A stretch of DNA of 64,000 bases from Mobula hypostoma. Its lineage: Eukaryota. How positions within the stretch are numbered: position 1 is the first letter of the stretch; every line of letters starts with the position of its first letter. The notes below the pieces were generated by a model. The model saw only the letters and a list, made by a program, of their open reading frames with translations, had not been told where the DNA came from and did no database searches. Below, piece by piece: positions 1 through 12,836 of the stretch. The DNA lies in contig NC_086097.1 of the NCBI RefSeq assembly GCF_963921235.1, forward strand, positions 183,584,001 through 183,648,000, in the 5' to 3' direction. The position numbers were made by a program, and so were the translations under genes.

Positions 1-1826
1 GTCCACTACACCTCCAATCTTCATATCATCAGCATCTTGGAGGAGAAGATGGCAGCGTGCCGCGTGTGCGCAGCTCTCCGGTGAAAAATGATGTCGTATC
101 TGTTAAATAGGGGCTGTGGACAATTCTGATTTGATGGAGAATGGTATGAAATCACAGAGGACCATCTGGAGAAATTTCTGAAACACCCATCCGCTGCTGT
201 CGTTGCTGTGTGGTTGGGAATCTTTCGGAGGGTAGGCCTCAAAATCCCCGGCCTTGCCTGCTTTTGGCGACCTAGAAAGAGGTCGAATCACTCGGACAGA
301 GATGGCGCTCAGTACTCAGTGTCGGAGAGCTGATCAGAGCTCGAAGTTTTCGGATGACTCAGAGTGGAATTGTGGTCGGCATGGCAGGGAGAGTTTTTCT
401 TCCCTCACCCGACTGCGTGAGATGTGAGACATTTGAGAAACTTTGAACTAAAGTCCATGTGCTCATGGACTTTCTTCATCAAGTTATGGTATTGTGCACT
501 GTTGTAACTATATGTATAATTATGTGGTTTTGTCAGTTTTTTAAGTCTTGGTTTGTCCTGTGTTTTGTGATATCACACCCGAGGAAATAATGTATAATTT
601 CTTAATGCATGCATTACTAAATGACAATAAAAGGGGACTATGTGTCTTCATAATCATAATTTGCTGATCCAATTGACCACATTATCATCCAGATCATTAA
701 TATATGTTTGTAGATGACAAATAACGATGGACCCAGCACTGATCCCTGTGGCACACCACTAGTCACAGGCCTCCACTCTGAGAAGCAATCCTCTACTACC
801 ACTCTTTAGTTTCTTCCATTGAGCCAATGTCTAATCCAATTTACCACCTCTCCATGTATACCTAGCGACTGAATTTTCCTAACTAACCTCCCATGCGGGA
901 CCTTGTCAAAGGCCTTACTAAAGTCCATGTAGACAACATCCACTGTCTTCCCTTCATCCACTTTCCTGGTAACCTCCTCGAAAAACTCCAATAGATTGGT
1001 CAAACATGACCTACCACGCACAAAGCCATGTTGACTCTCCCTAATAAGTCCCTGTCTATCCAAATGCTTGTAGACTCTGTCTCTTAGTACTCCCTCCAAT
1101 AACTTACCCACTACCGACGTCAAATTTATCGGCCTATAATTTCCCGGATTACTTTTCGATCCTTTTTTAAACAACGGAACAACATGAGCCATTCTCCAAT
1201 CCTCCGGCACCTCACCCTTAGACACCGACATTTTAAATATATCTGCCAGGGCCCCTGCAATTTGAACACTAGTCTCCTTCAAGGTCCGAGGGAATACCCT
1301 GTCAGGCCCTGGGTATTTATCCACTTTAATATGCCTCAAGATAGCAAGCACCTCCTCCTTTTCAATCTGTGCAGTTTCCATGATCTCACTACTTGTTTCC
1401 TTTAATTCCGTAGACTTCATGCCAGTTTCCTTAGTAAATACAGACGCAAAAAAACCATTTAAGATCTCCCCATTTCTTTTGGTTCCACACATAGCCGACC
1501 ACTCTGATCTTCAGGAGGACCAATTTTATCCCTTACAATCCTTTTACTCTTAATATACCTGTAAAAGCTCTTTGGATTATCCTTCACTTTGACTGCCAAG
1601 GCAACCTCATGTCTTCTTTTAGCCCTCCTGATTTCTTTCTTAAGTATTTTTTTGCACTTCTTATACTCCTCAAGCACCTGATTTACTCCCTGTTTCCTAT
1701 ACATTTCATACAACTCCCTCTTCTTCTTTATCAGAGTTGCAATTTCCCTTGAGAACCAAGGTTCCTTATTCCTATTCAATTTGCCTTTAATCCTGACAGG
1801 AACATACAAGCTCTGCACTCTCAAAC
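1..1826 (-). mobile_element. CR1-clade LINE ORF2 fragment (RT domain), interrupted at 35-660
   Basis: ORFs 806-1492 and 1459-1824 give CR1 RT motifs ([38 protein letters not shown]). The NWISKFADD motif is split between ~661 and ~34 by an insertion. Confidence 0.95.
35..660 (+). mobile_element. Non-autonomous retroposon (SINE-like, Rex1/Babar-type 3' end) inserted into CR1
   Basis: Begins GGAGGAGAAGATGGC and ends AAATGACAATAAA plus a (CATAAT)2 tail. Homologous to 19075-19602 and 41428-41605. Splits a CR1 RT motif. Confidence 0.75.
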
Positions 1827-2020
1827 TCTTTTATAGTTTCAATGGGATAGAATCAGAATGAATGATTTTACTAGCCACAAAGTATCAGTTGGAAGTTAAA
1901 TTGCTTACAGGTTTTATTTCCTGAAGACTTGTTCTCATTTTAGTTAATCCATAATTATGCTATCCAAACACTGTTCACATTCCTAATACTGATCCCTAAC
2001 AAGACCCATGCAATCTAATC

Positions 2021-2205
2021 ACAAACAAGAGAAAATCTGTAGATGCTGGAAATCCAAGAAACACACACAAAACGCTAGAGGAACTTAGCAGGCCAAGTAG
2101 CATCTATAGAAAAAAGTACAGTCGATGTTTCAGGCCAAAATCCTTCGGCAGGTTTTTATAGATGCTTCCTGGCCTGCTGAGTTCCTCCAGTATTTTGTGG
2201 GTGTT
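2021..2205. mobile_element. Miniature Penelope-like insertion: two inverted pseudo-LTR ends
   Basis: The arms match the terminal sequence of the GIY-YIG-bearing elements at 25.7-27.2 kb and 47-48.5 kb, in inverted orientation. Flanked by the 16-bp duplication CCC(A/T)TGCAATCTAATC (2005-2020, 2206-2221). Confidence 0.85.
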
Positions 2206-2221
2206 CCCTTGCAATCTAATC

Positions 2222-3330
2222 CCTTGCCTCTCTCAAATACCAGGCATATATCCTATCAGAGTTTGGGGGCTTATCCGTAATGTTCTTTAAGACATCCAGC
2301 ACGAGTTCCTTCTTTATCTTGAAATACCCTAATATATTAGTATGATCTATGCTGATCTCCTTCTCCTTGGTAATTACTGACTCAAAGCATTCATTTAACT
2401 CTCACCTATATCCTCATCCTCCAAACATATATTCCCTCCTTTATTGATAATTGGTCCTACCCATTCTATTGTTATCCTCTTGCTCTTGATGTATGTATAG
2501 AATGCCACAAGGTCCACAGTAATCCTTACCTATAGTTTAGAACATAAGGAGCTGCAGTCACTGTTCCCTAATTGTTCATTTGCTGAAGATTCAGTCACAC
2601 AGGCAGGCCCAGTATAGCCCACCTCTTGTTGGACTATCTACATCTTGATCTGAGAAACCCTGCAGGATATACCTAACAAATTCTACCCATCTAATAATTA
2701 TGCGCTAAGGAGTTCCCAGTCTTTTTGAGGGAAGTTGAAGTCACTCACTATGACAATCCCTTTGTTTTTTAAACTTTACCTAATCTGCCAGCACATCTGT
2801 TCCTCAATGTCCCAGATGGTATTGGGAGATCCGTGGAATAATGCCATTGGGGTGATTACATCCTTCATATTTTTGACATCTACCCAAACAGACTGAATGG
2901 ACAAGCCCTCTGTTATGATCCCCATATTTTTGACATCTACCCAAACAGACTGAATGGACACGCCTTCTGTTATGATCCCCACATTTTTGACATCTACCCA
3001 AACAGACTGAATGGACAAGCCCTCTGTTATGATCCCCACATTTTTGACATCTACCCAAACAGACTGAATGGACAAGCCCTCTGTTATGATCCCCACATTT
3101 TTGACATCTACCCAAACAGACTGAATGGACAAGCCCTCTGTTATGATCCCCATATTTTTGACATCTACCCAAACAGACTGAATGGACAAGCCCTCTGTTA
3201 TGATCCCCACATTTTTGACATCTACCCAAACAGACTGAACGGACAAGCCCTCTGTTATGATCCCTCTGAGTGCAACTGTGATATTGTTCTTGATTAATAG
3301 TGCAATCCAATCCCACTCCCACCATTTTTC
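2222..3330 (-). mobile_element. Old CR1 fragment (APE endonuclease region)
   Basis: Minus-strand translation ALLIKNNITV...SVWVDVKN...ITPMALFHGSPN resembles the CR1 endonuclease (VALLIK...ESIWVELRN...TLMGxYYRPPN). Downstream it matches VSDFNFP, similar to GDFNFP. Confidence 0.75.
2866..3263. repeat. 57-bp tandem repeat (minisatellite), ~7 copies
   Basis: GACATC recurs at 2875, 2932, 2989, 3046, 3103, 3160 and 3217 (period 57). Units are near-identical with no spacers. Explains the 19-aa repeat in ORFs 2776-3336 and 2804-3358. Confidence 0.97.
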
Positions 3331-3353
3331 CCCCACGTGTGAAAATTAATTGG

Positions 3354-4530
3354 CACACTTAGGAGCAGAATTAAGCTATTTGGCCCATGAGTATACTGTA
3401 CTGTTCCATTATGGCTGATTTATTACTCCTTTCAACTCCATTCTCCTGCCTTTTCCGTGTAACCTTTGACACCCTTACTAATCAAGAGCCTATGCTTCAA
3501 ATATATTCAATAACTTGGCCTCCACAGCCATCTGTGTCCATGAATTCTAAAGATTCACCATCCATTGGCTGAAGAAATTCCTTCTCATCGCTGTTCTAAA
3601 TGGACCTCCCTCTGTTCTGAGCTGTGCCCTCTAGTCCCAGACACACCCTCTGCACATTCACTTTATCTTGGCCTTTCAAAATTCGATAGATTGCAAATAG
3701 ACCTCCCATCCCCTGAATTATTCTAAACTTTAGCTAGTACATGCCCAGAAACATCATATGTTAACCCTTTCTTTCCTGGAATCATTCTTGTGAACCCCCT
3801 CAGGACCCTCTCCAGTCCCAGAAAATCTTTTCTTAGATAAGGGGCCTAAGACTGTCTACAATACTGCATGTGCTGTCTGAGCAATGCCTCAGCATTACTT
3901 TTCTATTCTAGTTCTCTCAAAATGAATGCTAATATTGCATTTGCCTTCCTTACCACTGACTCCATCTGCAAATTAACCTTTAGGGAATCCTGCACAAGGA
4001 CTTCCAAAGTCCCTTTACACCTCAAATTTTTGAATTTTCTTCCCGTTTAGAAAATAGCCTACCTTTATTCCTTCTACCAAAGCCCATGACCACACACTTC
4101 CCTACATGATATTCCATCTGCCACTTCTTTGCCCATTTTCCTAATCTAAGTCCTTCTGTAGCCTCTCTACTTCCTGAAAACTACCTGCCCCTCCACCTGT
4201 CTTTGCCATCAATTCCATCATCAAAGTCTTTGATATATATTATAAAACGAAATGGTCCCTACACAGACCCCTGTGGAATCCCACTAGTCACTGGCAGCCA
4301 ACCAGAACGGGCCCCTTTATTCCCACTCTTTGCCTCCCGCCAGACTGCTAATCTTCTACACATGCTGGTATTTTTCCTGTAATACCATGACTCTTATCCA
4401 GTTATTCAGCCTCATGTGCGGCACCTTGTCAAAAGCCTTCTGAAAATCCAAGTAAACAATGTCCTTTGACTATATCCTGCCTGTTATTTACTCAAAGAAT
4501 TCCAACAGATTCATCAGGCACGTTTTCCCC
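3354..4530 (-). mobile_element. CR1 3' fragment (decayed)
   Basis: Reverse-complement CR1 3' end (AGGAGCAGAATTAAGCTATTTGGCCC) followed by RT-region matches (CACCTTGTCAAAAGCCTTCTGAAAATCC = DFQKAFDKV). Confidence 0.85.
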
Positions 4531-4532
4531 TT

Positions 4533-4682
4533 TGTAGAGGTGTTTTCACTTCAACATGAAAAAGTCTTTTTCTGTGGATCAGTGTCAAAAAAAGGCAAAT
4601 TAAATCTGCTGTGATTCAATGTTGTAAAACAATAAAACATGAAGACTTCCAAGGGGTGAACATTATTTTTATAGGCACTGTA
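4533..4682. mobile_element. Tc1-like transposon terminal fragment
   Basis: Ends GGGGTGAAC...TTTTTATAGGCACTG|TA, a Tc1-type TIR end followed by TA. Confidence 0.6.
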
Positions 4683-5067
4683 TTTCGTCTATTTTTCCGC
4701 ATGAATTAAAACCTACACATAACCTTAATTACAACAGGAGTAATTTCTACATCCATAGATCTCTCATCAGGTCACTGACTTTCCTTTATTATGCTCTTGA
4801 AATCTGTATAAAAGAAGTTAGACTATAGAGGGGTCCTAAAACATCTCTGCATTAAACTAGTGGGTGTAGAAATCTTGAAATACCAGTCATTTTTGAGATG
4901 TGATGATAGGGAGCATAGATAGTTTCATCATCATACATCCAGAGTATATATGATAATACAAATAGATTTCATAGTTGCTGACTTCTAGCCTGACTATTGA
5001 CATTGACTATTTATAAATTTTCATAGATGACCAGCTGAATTCCTCCAACATTTTGTATCAGTGCATT

Positions 5068-5526
5068 TGTTGGATCCATCTGTTTAATTGACAGTTTAAC
5101 AAGTAATTGTCTGCTTATACTTTAATATAATTACTTGTATAAAAGTAACAGCCTTGTCTGCTTCCTGGTGGTTATAGTATGTCTATGCAAATGCAGTTTT
5201 TTCTTATCGGTTAAATAATATATGAATTTGGAAGCTTCTCTTTGGTACTGCATTATTTCAATAAGAGCTATCTCATTGGTTGTCTCTTATCTACAAAATT
5301 CAGCGGAATTTTCTTCCTCTATGATTATAAAATAGCTGTATGAATAAGTCAGTGTCATCTTAAATTCTAGTTTCTAGTATCTTTATCTTTAAATCTTTTG
5401 TTACTAGCTTCTGCTCCTGTTTCCTTTGTTCTATCAACACTTAATAAAACGATTGTGAAGCAACAAGTTTTGTTCCTCTTTCTTGACTTCCGAATGAACC
5501 TTGTATTAAAGCATCAAAATCCAACA
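5068..5526 (+). repeat. ERV 5' LTR (459 bp)
   Basis: Perfect 8-bp terminal inverted repeat TGTTGGAT/ATCCAACA, TATAAAA near 5326, AATAAA near 5443; homologous to 14433-14902. Confidence 0.93.
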
Positions 5527-5528
5527 AT

Positions 5529-5546
5529 TGGTAGTCACCAAAGGAT
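5529..5546 (+). promoter_or_regulatory. Putative primer-binding site (degenerate; tRNA not assigned)
   Basis: TGGTAGTCACCAAAGGAT starts 2 nt after the LTR end. TGG start and GGAT at positions 15-18 resemble Leu/Ser-type PBS. Confidence 0.6.
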
Positions 5547-6199
5547 ATTGTGAAGTTTATGACTTGGAGCAATCACAGACTGAGTGGAATTGTTTTGGCA
5601 ACTAAACAAAAGGAGGTAAAAGCTTACTCTGTTTCAATTTGTCTGAGAGAAAACTTTATTCTGGCTTCAATATATCCAGTGGTAATTAGGATAGAAGACT
5701 ACTGCGTTGCTATTAAAAAAAAACAACTTTAGAAGTATTGGCTGCAATCCATTTTGGTTGGAGGGTAACCTATTTCAGTTGGAGGATAATCAGTGGTGGC
5801 ACCAGAGGTTTTTTCTTGCTGGTGCTACAGTGGGGCTGAATTATTCAGTGATGGTGCTGAGGGATGTACCCTATAGTAATATGTATTCACAAGGCCAGAC
5901 GCATGGCGTTCAAAAGTCAGTTTCAAGCATTATGTGCCTACTATAAATGCCGCTGTTGATTCACAAGCAACAACAATTGATAAATATAATATGGAAGTGA
6001 ACTGTCACAGTGTCAACAACATCGGAGACAACCCGGGGGACATTCAAGATTTTTTGGGTGGGGGGGATGGGGGGGAGGTAAGCGGCATCCTAACTTGAAG
6101 CATGAGACCTGACTGACCCTGTGAATTCACTGCCATCATCAACATCTGATAGGCATACCCCATTTGTATTAATTTCCTTATTTTAACTTAGCCCCATTC

Positions 6200-7140
6200 T
6201 GATGGAGAAATATATATGATGCGATCTGAGTCTGAAAGTGATGAAGCCTTAAATTCTAATCCTGCTAAGAAACAAGATTGAACTGCTACGTGGAGATGTG
6301 GAATAGCTGATCTGTACAGCAAGAAGAACATTCTAAATATGAAACTGCAGGGTGAGAATTTCAATTTGATCCAGGCAAGAAGTGCAGTGTCCACTTTTAT
6401 CAGAAAATTGGAAATATATAAGCAAAACATTGAGAGAAGAATGTTCTCACTATTTCCTGGCATGGAAAGCATGGCACTCTCTTTCACATACAGTGATTTT
6501 CAAGAGTACTGCTTATGCCTGCAGTGACTGAAGAAGGATTTTCAGAATCAATTCAAGGATTGAATGATCCGACAGAACAGAAAGAGAGCTTGCAAGAAGA
6601 AATTATTGAAATTCAGAATGATGAAGAAGCAAAAATGTTTTTCAAAAATGTTGGCTTTTTTGGTATGTGGCTACACTGTCATATAAAGTTTCCTGGTCTT
6701 TTGAGAACAGGAAAACTGCTCCTCATTGCATTTCCACCCTCCTACCTTGTTGGAAGAGACTTCAGTGCCGTGAACCACATACTCACATAAAACAGAAACC
6801 ACTTGGACATTGTAATGTGTGGGGACTTAAGGCTTTTGCTGTCACAACTTGAACCAGATATTTCAACTCTTGCTAAAAACCATCAAGCTCAAGGATCACC
6901 TTGATATTGAAGCTGCTGTACAGCACACAGGTACTGTGTAAGCTAGATTTAAAGACAAATAAAAAATTAAAGCAGAATAATTTTTCTCATGTTAGCATAT
7001 GGTGGACATGTTTTTATATTATGGGGGCACCAGAAAGTATACTGTGCCTAAGAGGGGCATTGGCAAGTATGAAGGTGCTTTAGAGGTGTGTTGGCAAGTA
7101 TGAAAGGGAGTCTTGGGCTAAAACAGGTTGGGAAACACTG
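6200..7140 (+). mobile_element. hAT (Charlie/Buster-like) transposon remnant, transposase C-terminus plus right TIR, inside the ERV
   Basis: Translations KLQGENFNLIQARSAVSTFIRKL and LLIAFPPSYLV..FSAV..IL...GDLRLLLSQLEPDI match the hAT dimerisation region. Ends AGGTTGGGAAACACTG (revcomp CAGTGTTTCCCAACCT). Left TIR not found. Confidence 0.85.
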
Positions 7141-7599
7141 CATCAACTGAATGAGTGAAAGAACAACATGGTAATTCAATCAAAGTGCAGTGTACGGAGT
7201 TTCAAAGCGGACTGAGACAAAATCAAAAACTACAACAGTGACTTAAACTGGGCAATCCTGCCAGTGAGGCTACTGCGGACGCTCCACTCTGGGAAATGCC
7301 TACTTCTGAAGCTCTGTCCTGGAGAACTCCACCCACATTGGACAGTCCCCTGAGACAGTGACACCAACCTCTGGAGAATTATAGCCTGTGTTGGACAGTA
7401 TCCCGATAGAGTGCTGTCATCTGAACTCTGAGGAACTACAGATAGATGTGACATGGACTCTGTATTGGCCCCTAGCGACTCAAGTGAGGATTTCTGTGAT
7501 GAAACAATAAGCTTGTTGGCTATATCACAGCTTTCTCCAATAAAGACCAAGGGAGTGAAGACTTGTAGGACTGAGGATGAAACTATCATTGATCAAAGT

Positions 7600-8110
7600 A
7601 ATGACAAGCTAGGGGCAGATCCATCAACCATTGCTCAACCACTCAAGAATCTGCTGAAAGGAAGTAAGTGCTCAAATAGCACTGTGCCTCTTAATGAAGA
7701 ACAACTCAAAACTTTTCAAACTTTAAAGGTGACATTGAGTACTGCGCCTGCAACAATGCAGAAAATCGGGTAATTGCAAAGGGTTCATAAACTTTTATTG
7801 CAACTCTATGTGCAATAGGCAGAACTGAATTCTCGGAAGTCTGTAAATTGTCAGAAAGAAGATCAGCTAATATCTGCACTGATTCTCGATATGCTTTTGG
7901 AGTTAATAATTTTGGAAACTTATGGAGGCAAAGGGGACTTCTTACAATTGTAGGAACCCCAATGAAGAATGGCCAACAAGTACAAGAACTTATGGGTATC
8001 ATACAACTGCTGTTAGAAGTTGCTGTATTAAAATGCGAAAATGATTCCGAAATGACTACATCGGAAATGCATTCATGGATGAAATTGCAATAAGAATAGC
8101 ATGGGAAGGA
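7600..8110 (+). pseudogene. pol: ERV pol remnant (RT connection region and RNase H)
   Basis: IAQPLKNLLK...EEQLKTFQTLKVTLSTAPA; NICTDSRYAFGV..FGNLWRQRGLLT..GTPMKNG...VAVLKC; GNAFMDEIA. Frameshifted and deleted. Confidence 0.88.
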
Positions 8111-8174
8111 GTAAAGGAAGTAGAAGTACCAAGAACATGTGAAGTGAACCCAATGACTGGAATTATGGAAATTG

Positions 8175-11100
8175 AACACAGAAACATGGAAAACCCACAG
8201 CAAATACAGGCCTTTCAGCCCACAAAGCTGTGCGGAACATGTCCCTACCTTAGAAATTACCTAGGGTTACCCGTAGCTCTCTATTTCTCTGAGCTCTATA
8301 TAACTGTCCAGGGGTCTCTTAAAAGACCCTGTCATATCCGCCTCCACCACCATTGCCGGCAGCCCATTCCATTGCCTCACCACTCTCTGTGTAAAAAACT
8401 TACTCCTGACATTTCCTCTGTACCTACTTCTAAGCACCTTAAAACTGTGCCCTCTCATGCTAGCCATTTCAGCCTTGGGTAAAAGCCTCTGACTATCCAC
8501 ACGATCAATGCCTCTCATCATCTTATACACCTCAATCAGGTCACCTCTCATCCTCCATCGCTCCAAGGAAAAAGGGCCAAGTTCACTCAACCAATTCTCA
8601 TAAGGCATGCTCCCCAATCCAGGCAACGTCCCTGTAAATCTCCTCTGCACCCTTTCTATGGTTTCCACATCCTTCCTATAGTGAGGCGACTAGAACTGAG
8701 CACAGTACTCCAAGTGGGGTCTGACCAGGGTCCTATATAGCTGCAACATTACCTCTCAGCTCCTAAACTCAATCCCACGATTGATGAAAGCCAATACACC
8801 GTATGCCTTCTTAACCACAGAGTCAAACTGCGCAGCAGCTTTGAGTGCCCTATGGACTCGGACCCCAAGATCCCTCTGACCCTCCACACTGCCAAGAGTC
8901 TTACCATTAATACTATATTCTGCCATCATATTTGACCTACCAAAGTGAACCACCTCACACTTACTTGGGTTGAACTCCATCTGCCATTTCTCAGCCAAAT
9001 TTCACCTCCTATCAATGTCCCGCTGTAACCTCTGACAGCCCTCCACACTATCCACACCCCCAACCTTTGTGTCATCAGCAAACTTACTAACCCATCCCTC
9101 CACTTCCTCATCCAGGTCATTTATAAAAATCACAAAGAGTAGGGGTCCCAGAACAGGTCCCTGAGGCACACCACTGGTCACCGGCTTCCATGCAGAATAT
9201 GACCTGTCTACAATGACTCTTTGCCTTCTGTGGGCAAGCCAGTTCTGGATCCACAAAGCAATGTCCCCTTGGATCCCATGCCTCCTTACTTTCTCAATAA
9301 GTCTTGCATGGGGTACCTTATCAAATGCCTTGCTGAAATCCATATACACTACATCTACTGCTCTACCTTCATCAATGTGTTTAGTCACATCCTTAAAAAA
9401 ATTCAATCAGGCTCGTAAGGCATGACCTGCCTTTGACAAAGCAATGCTGACTATTCCTAATCATATTATGCCTCTGCAAGTGTTCATAAATCCTGCCTCT
9501 CAGGATCTTCTCCATCAACTTACCAACCACTGAAGTAAGACTCCCTGGTCTATAATTTCCTGGGCTATCTCTACTCCCTTTCTTGAATAATGAAAGAACA
9601 CCTGCAACCCTCTAATCTTCTTTCTTTCTTTTTCCAATATTTTTATTAAATTTATTAAATTTCATATACATAAATACAGAATTCATAAGAATACTTATTG
9701 TAAATCAAAATAAGGTAGCACATAATGTGCTATATATAAATCACACTGATACAATCATGGTATCCCATATTTATGATCAATCTAATAAAGTAAATTGAAT
9801 TATGAAATACAATAATATGGTTAATTATATTATTAAAAAAATCTACACCCACTACCAAGACAAAGCTGGTTGGTAAAAAAAAACAAAATAAAAAGTACTA
9901 TACCATATAGTGTTTTATAATAATAGCCCAGATCTATATTTTAATAACAATAATAATTCAAAGATTTTCAAAATAGTTCAGAAAGGGACCTCATAACATT
10001 TGAAAATCTTGATTAGAATCAGAAATCGAACAACGAATCTTCTCTAAATTTAAACATGACATAACATCACATAACTATTGAGCATATGTAGAGGGGGCAA
10101 CCTCCTTCCATTTAAGCAAGATCGCCCTCCGAGCCATAAGAGAAATAAAAGCCAGTACCCACAAATGAGAAGGCTCCAAAATTAAGGCTCTTTCCTCAAC
10201 AATACCAAATAAGGCAGTAGAAGGATTGGGCTTAAAATTAACTTTAAAAAGTGCAGAAGAAGTTTGGAATACATCTTTCCAATATTTTTCAAGGCTCGAA
10301 CATGACCAAAACATATGAATTAATGAAGTTTCTCCATTATCACATCTGTCACAATAAGGAGATATATCTGCAATAAAACAAGAGAGCTTGTCTTTAGACA
10401 TATGAGTCCTATGTACCACTTTAAATTGTAGGAGGGAATGACGAGCACATAATGATGAAGAATTAACCATTTTGAAAATAGCCCTCCAGGTCTCATCAGA
10501 TGATGAAGTCTGTAAATCCTTTTCCCAATCTTTTTTAATTTTGTCTAAAGGAGCCATTCTCAGTCCCAACAACAGACCATAAATATAAGATATTGAGCCA
10601 TTATCAAAAGGTTTCAAGTTAAAAATTACATCTATTATGTTCTTTTCTGGGCTGGTAGGAAATGTATGTAGTTTAGATCTTAAAAAATCTCTAATCTGTA
10701 GATATCGAAAAAAGTGGGTATTTGATAAGTTATTTCACTGAGAGCTGCTCAAAAGAAGAAAAAAATCCTCCAACAAACAGATCCTGAAATTGTTTAATGC
10801 CTCATCTATCCCATTCCCTAAAAATCAGATCGGTCATAGATGGTTTAAAAAAATGAAAAAAAATAGAACTAGAAAGAGAAATCTCAATAAACCAAAGTGT
10901 TTTCTAAACTGTAGCCAGACCTTCAAAGTGTGTTTAACCACCAAACTGTCAGTTAATTTATTTAAAGATAAAAGAAGAGAGGATCTGAGAAGAGAAATAA
11001 TAGAAAATTTCATAACAGAGTTGGCTTCCAAAAAGACCCATGTTGGACAATCATCACAATTAATATGATATAACCAGAATGTGAGATTTCGTATGTTAAT

Positions 11101-12836
11101 TGCCCAATAATATAATCTAAAATTGGGTAGAGCAAGGCCTCCATTCTTTTTAATTTTTTGAAGGTAGGCTTTATTTAATCGGGGTTTTCTGTTCTTCAAT
11201 ATATAGGAAGAAAGAATTGAATCTAAAGAATCAAAAAAAGACTTAGGAATAAAAGACAGGTACAGCTTTAAAAAGGTATATAAATTTAGGTCAAATATTC
11301 ATTTTAATAGAATTAATTCAACCAATCAATGATAAAGAAAGAGGCAACGAATTAGAAAGTGGCTTTTTCACATAATTCATTAAGGTTAGAAAATTTTCTT
11401 TAAATAGATCTTTATAATTCTTGGTGATTATTACACCCAAATATGTAAATTGTTTTCTTACAATTTTAAAAGGAAGGTTAATATCGGATGGTATCAAATT
11501 ATTTAAAGGAAACAATTCACTCTTATGTAAATTCAACTTATATCCTGAAAACTGACTAAAATTAGTCAGTAAAAGAAACAGAGGGTAAAGAAGTTGTAAC
11601 ATTAGATATAAAAAGCAATAGGTTATCAGCATACTGCGAAACTTTATGAATAGTACCTTTCCTTAAGATACCGGTGATATCTTTAGACTCTCGAAAGGCA
11701 ATTGCTAAAGGTTCTAATACCAAATCAAAAAGCAAAGGGCTCAGTGGACATCCTTGTCTGGTTCAATGTTGGAGTTTAATTGGTTTAGAATTCTGAAAGT
11801 TAGTAAGGACCCAAGCGGAGGGAGTTAAGTAAAGTAATTTAATCCAAAAAATAAAATCGGGCCCAAAATTAAAATTTTCTAAGGTTTTAAATAGGTAATT
11901 CCATTCAACTCAGTTAAAAGCCTTCTCCGCATCCAGAGAAATCTCACATTCCGATATTTCCTTGGATGGAGAATGCATAACATTTAACAAATGCCGTATA
12001 TTAAAATGAGAATATCAATTTTTAATAAATCCTGTCTGATCATCAGATATTATAGAAGGTATAATATTCTCGAGTCTATGGGCTAAAACTTCTTGATCCT
12101 CTCTCGTCCCCATTGATGATGCAAAGATCATCACCAGAGGCTCAGCAATCTCCTCCCTCGCCTCCCACAGTATCCTGGGGTATATCTCGTCCGGTCCCAG
12201 TGACTTATCCAACTTGATGTTTTCCAAAAGCTCCAGCACATCCTCTTTCTTAATATCTACATGCTCAAGATTTTCAGACCGTTGTAAGTCATCCCCGCAA
12301 TCGCCAAGGTCCTTTTCCATAGTGAATACTGAAGTAAAGTATTCATTAAGTAGCTCTGCTATCTCCTGTGGTTCCATACACACTTTTCCCACTGTCACAC
12401 TTGATTAGTCCTATTCTCTCACGTCTTATCCTCTTTCACTTCACATACTTGTAGAAAGCCTTGGGGTTTTCCTTAATCCTGTCCGCCAAGGCCTTCTCAT
12501 GGCCCCTTCTGGCTCTCCTAATTTCTTTCTTAAGCTCCTTCCTGCTAGCCTTATAATTTTCTAGGTCTCTATCTTCATATAGCTTTTTGAACCTTTCGTA
12601 AGCTCTTCTTTTCTTCTTGACTAGATTTACAACAGCCTTTGTACACCACGTTTCCTGTACCTTACCATCCTTTCCGTCTCATTGGAACGTACCTATGCAG
12701 AACTCCACACAAATATGCCCTGAACATTTGCCACATTTCTTCCATACATTTCCCTGAGAACATCTGATCCCAATTTATGCTTTCAAGTTCTTGCTTGATA
12801 GCCTGATATTTCCCCTTACTCTAATTAAATGCTTTG
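8175..12836 (-). mobile_element. CR1 LINE (5'-truncated) inserted in the ERV, itself split by an L1
   Basis: CR1 3' end at ~8175. ORFs 8267-8668, 8756-8998 and 9002-9406 ([21 protein letters not shown]). CR1 sequence resumes at ~12091 (DKSLGPDEIYPRILWE). Confidence 0.95.
9621..12090 (-). mobile_element. L1-clade LINE (5'-truncated ORF2: RT plus CCHC zinc knuckle) nested in CR1
   Basis: VLAHRLENIIPSIISDDQTGFIKN; FSQFSGYKLNLHKS; GGLALPNFRLYYWA; CDRC...SLIHMFWSC. AATAAA and an A-rich tail on the minus strand at ~9621-9650. Possible TSD CTTCTT (9617-9622, 12089-12094). Confidence 0.93.

Noticed and set aside
2866..3263. CRISPR-like array or repeat-protein gene
   Set aside because: Units are contiguous with no unique spacers, the context is eukaryotic, and the unit derives from CR1 endonuclease sequence.
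12015..12398. Functional hybrid RT gene
   Set aside because: The ORF ends shortly after the junction and both partners are decayed; it is explained by nested insertion.
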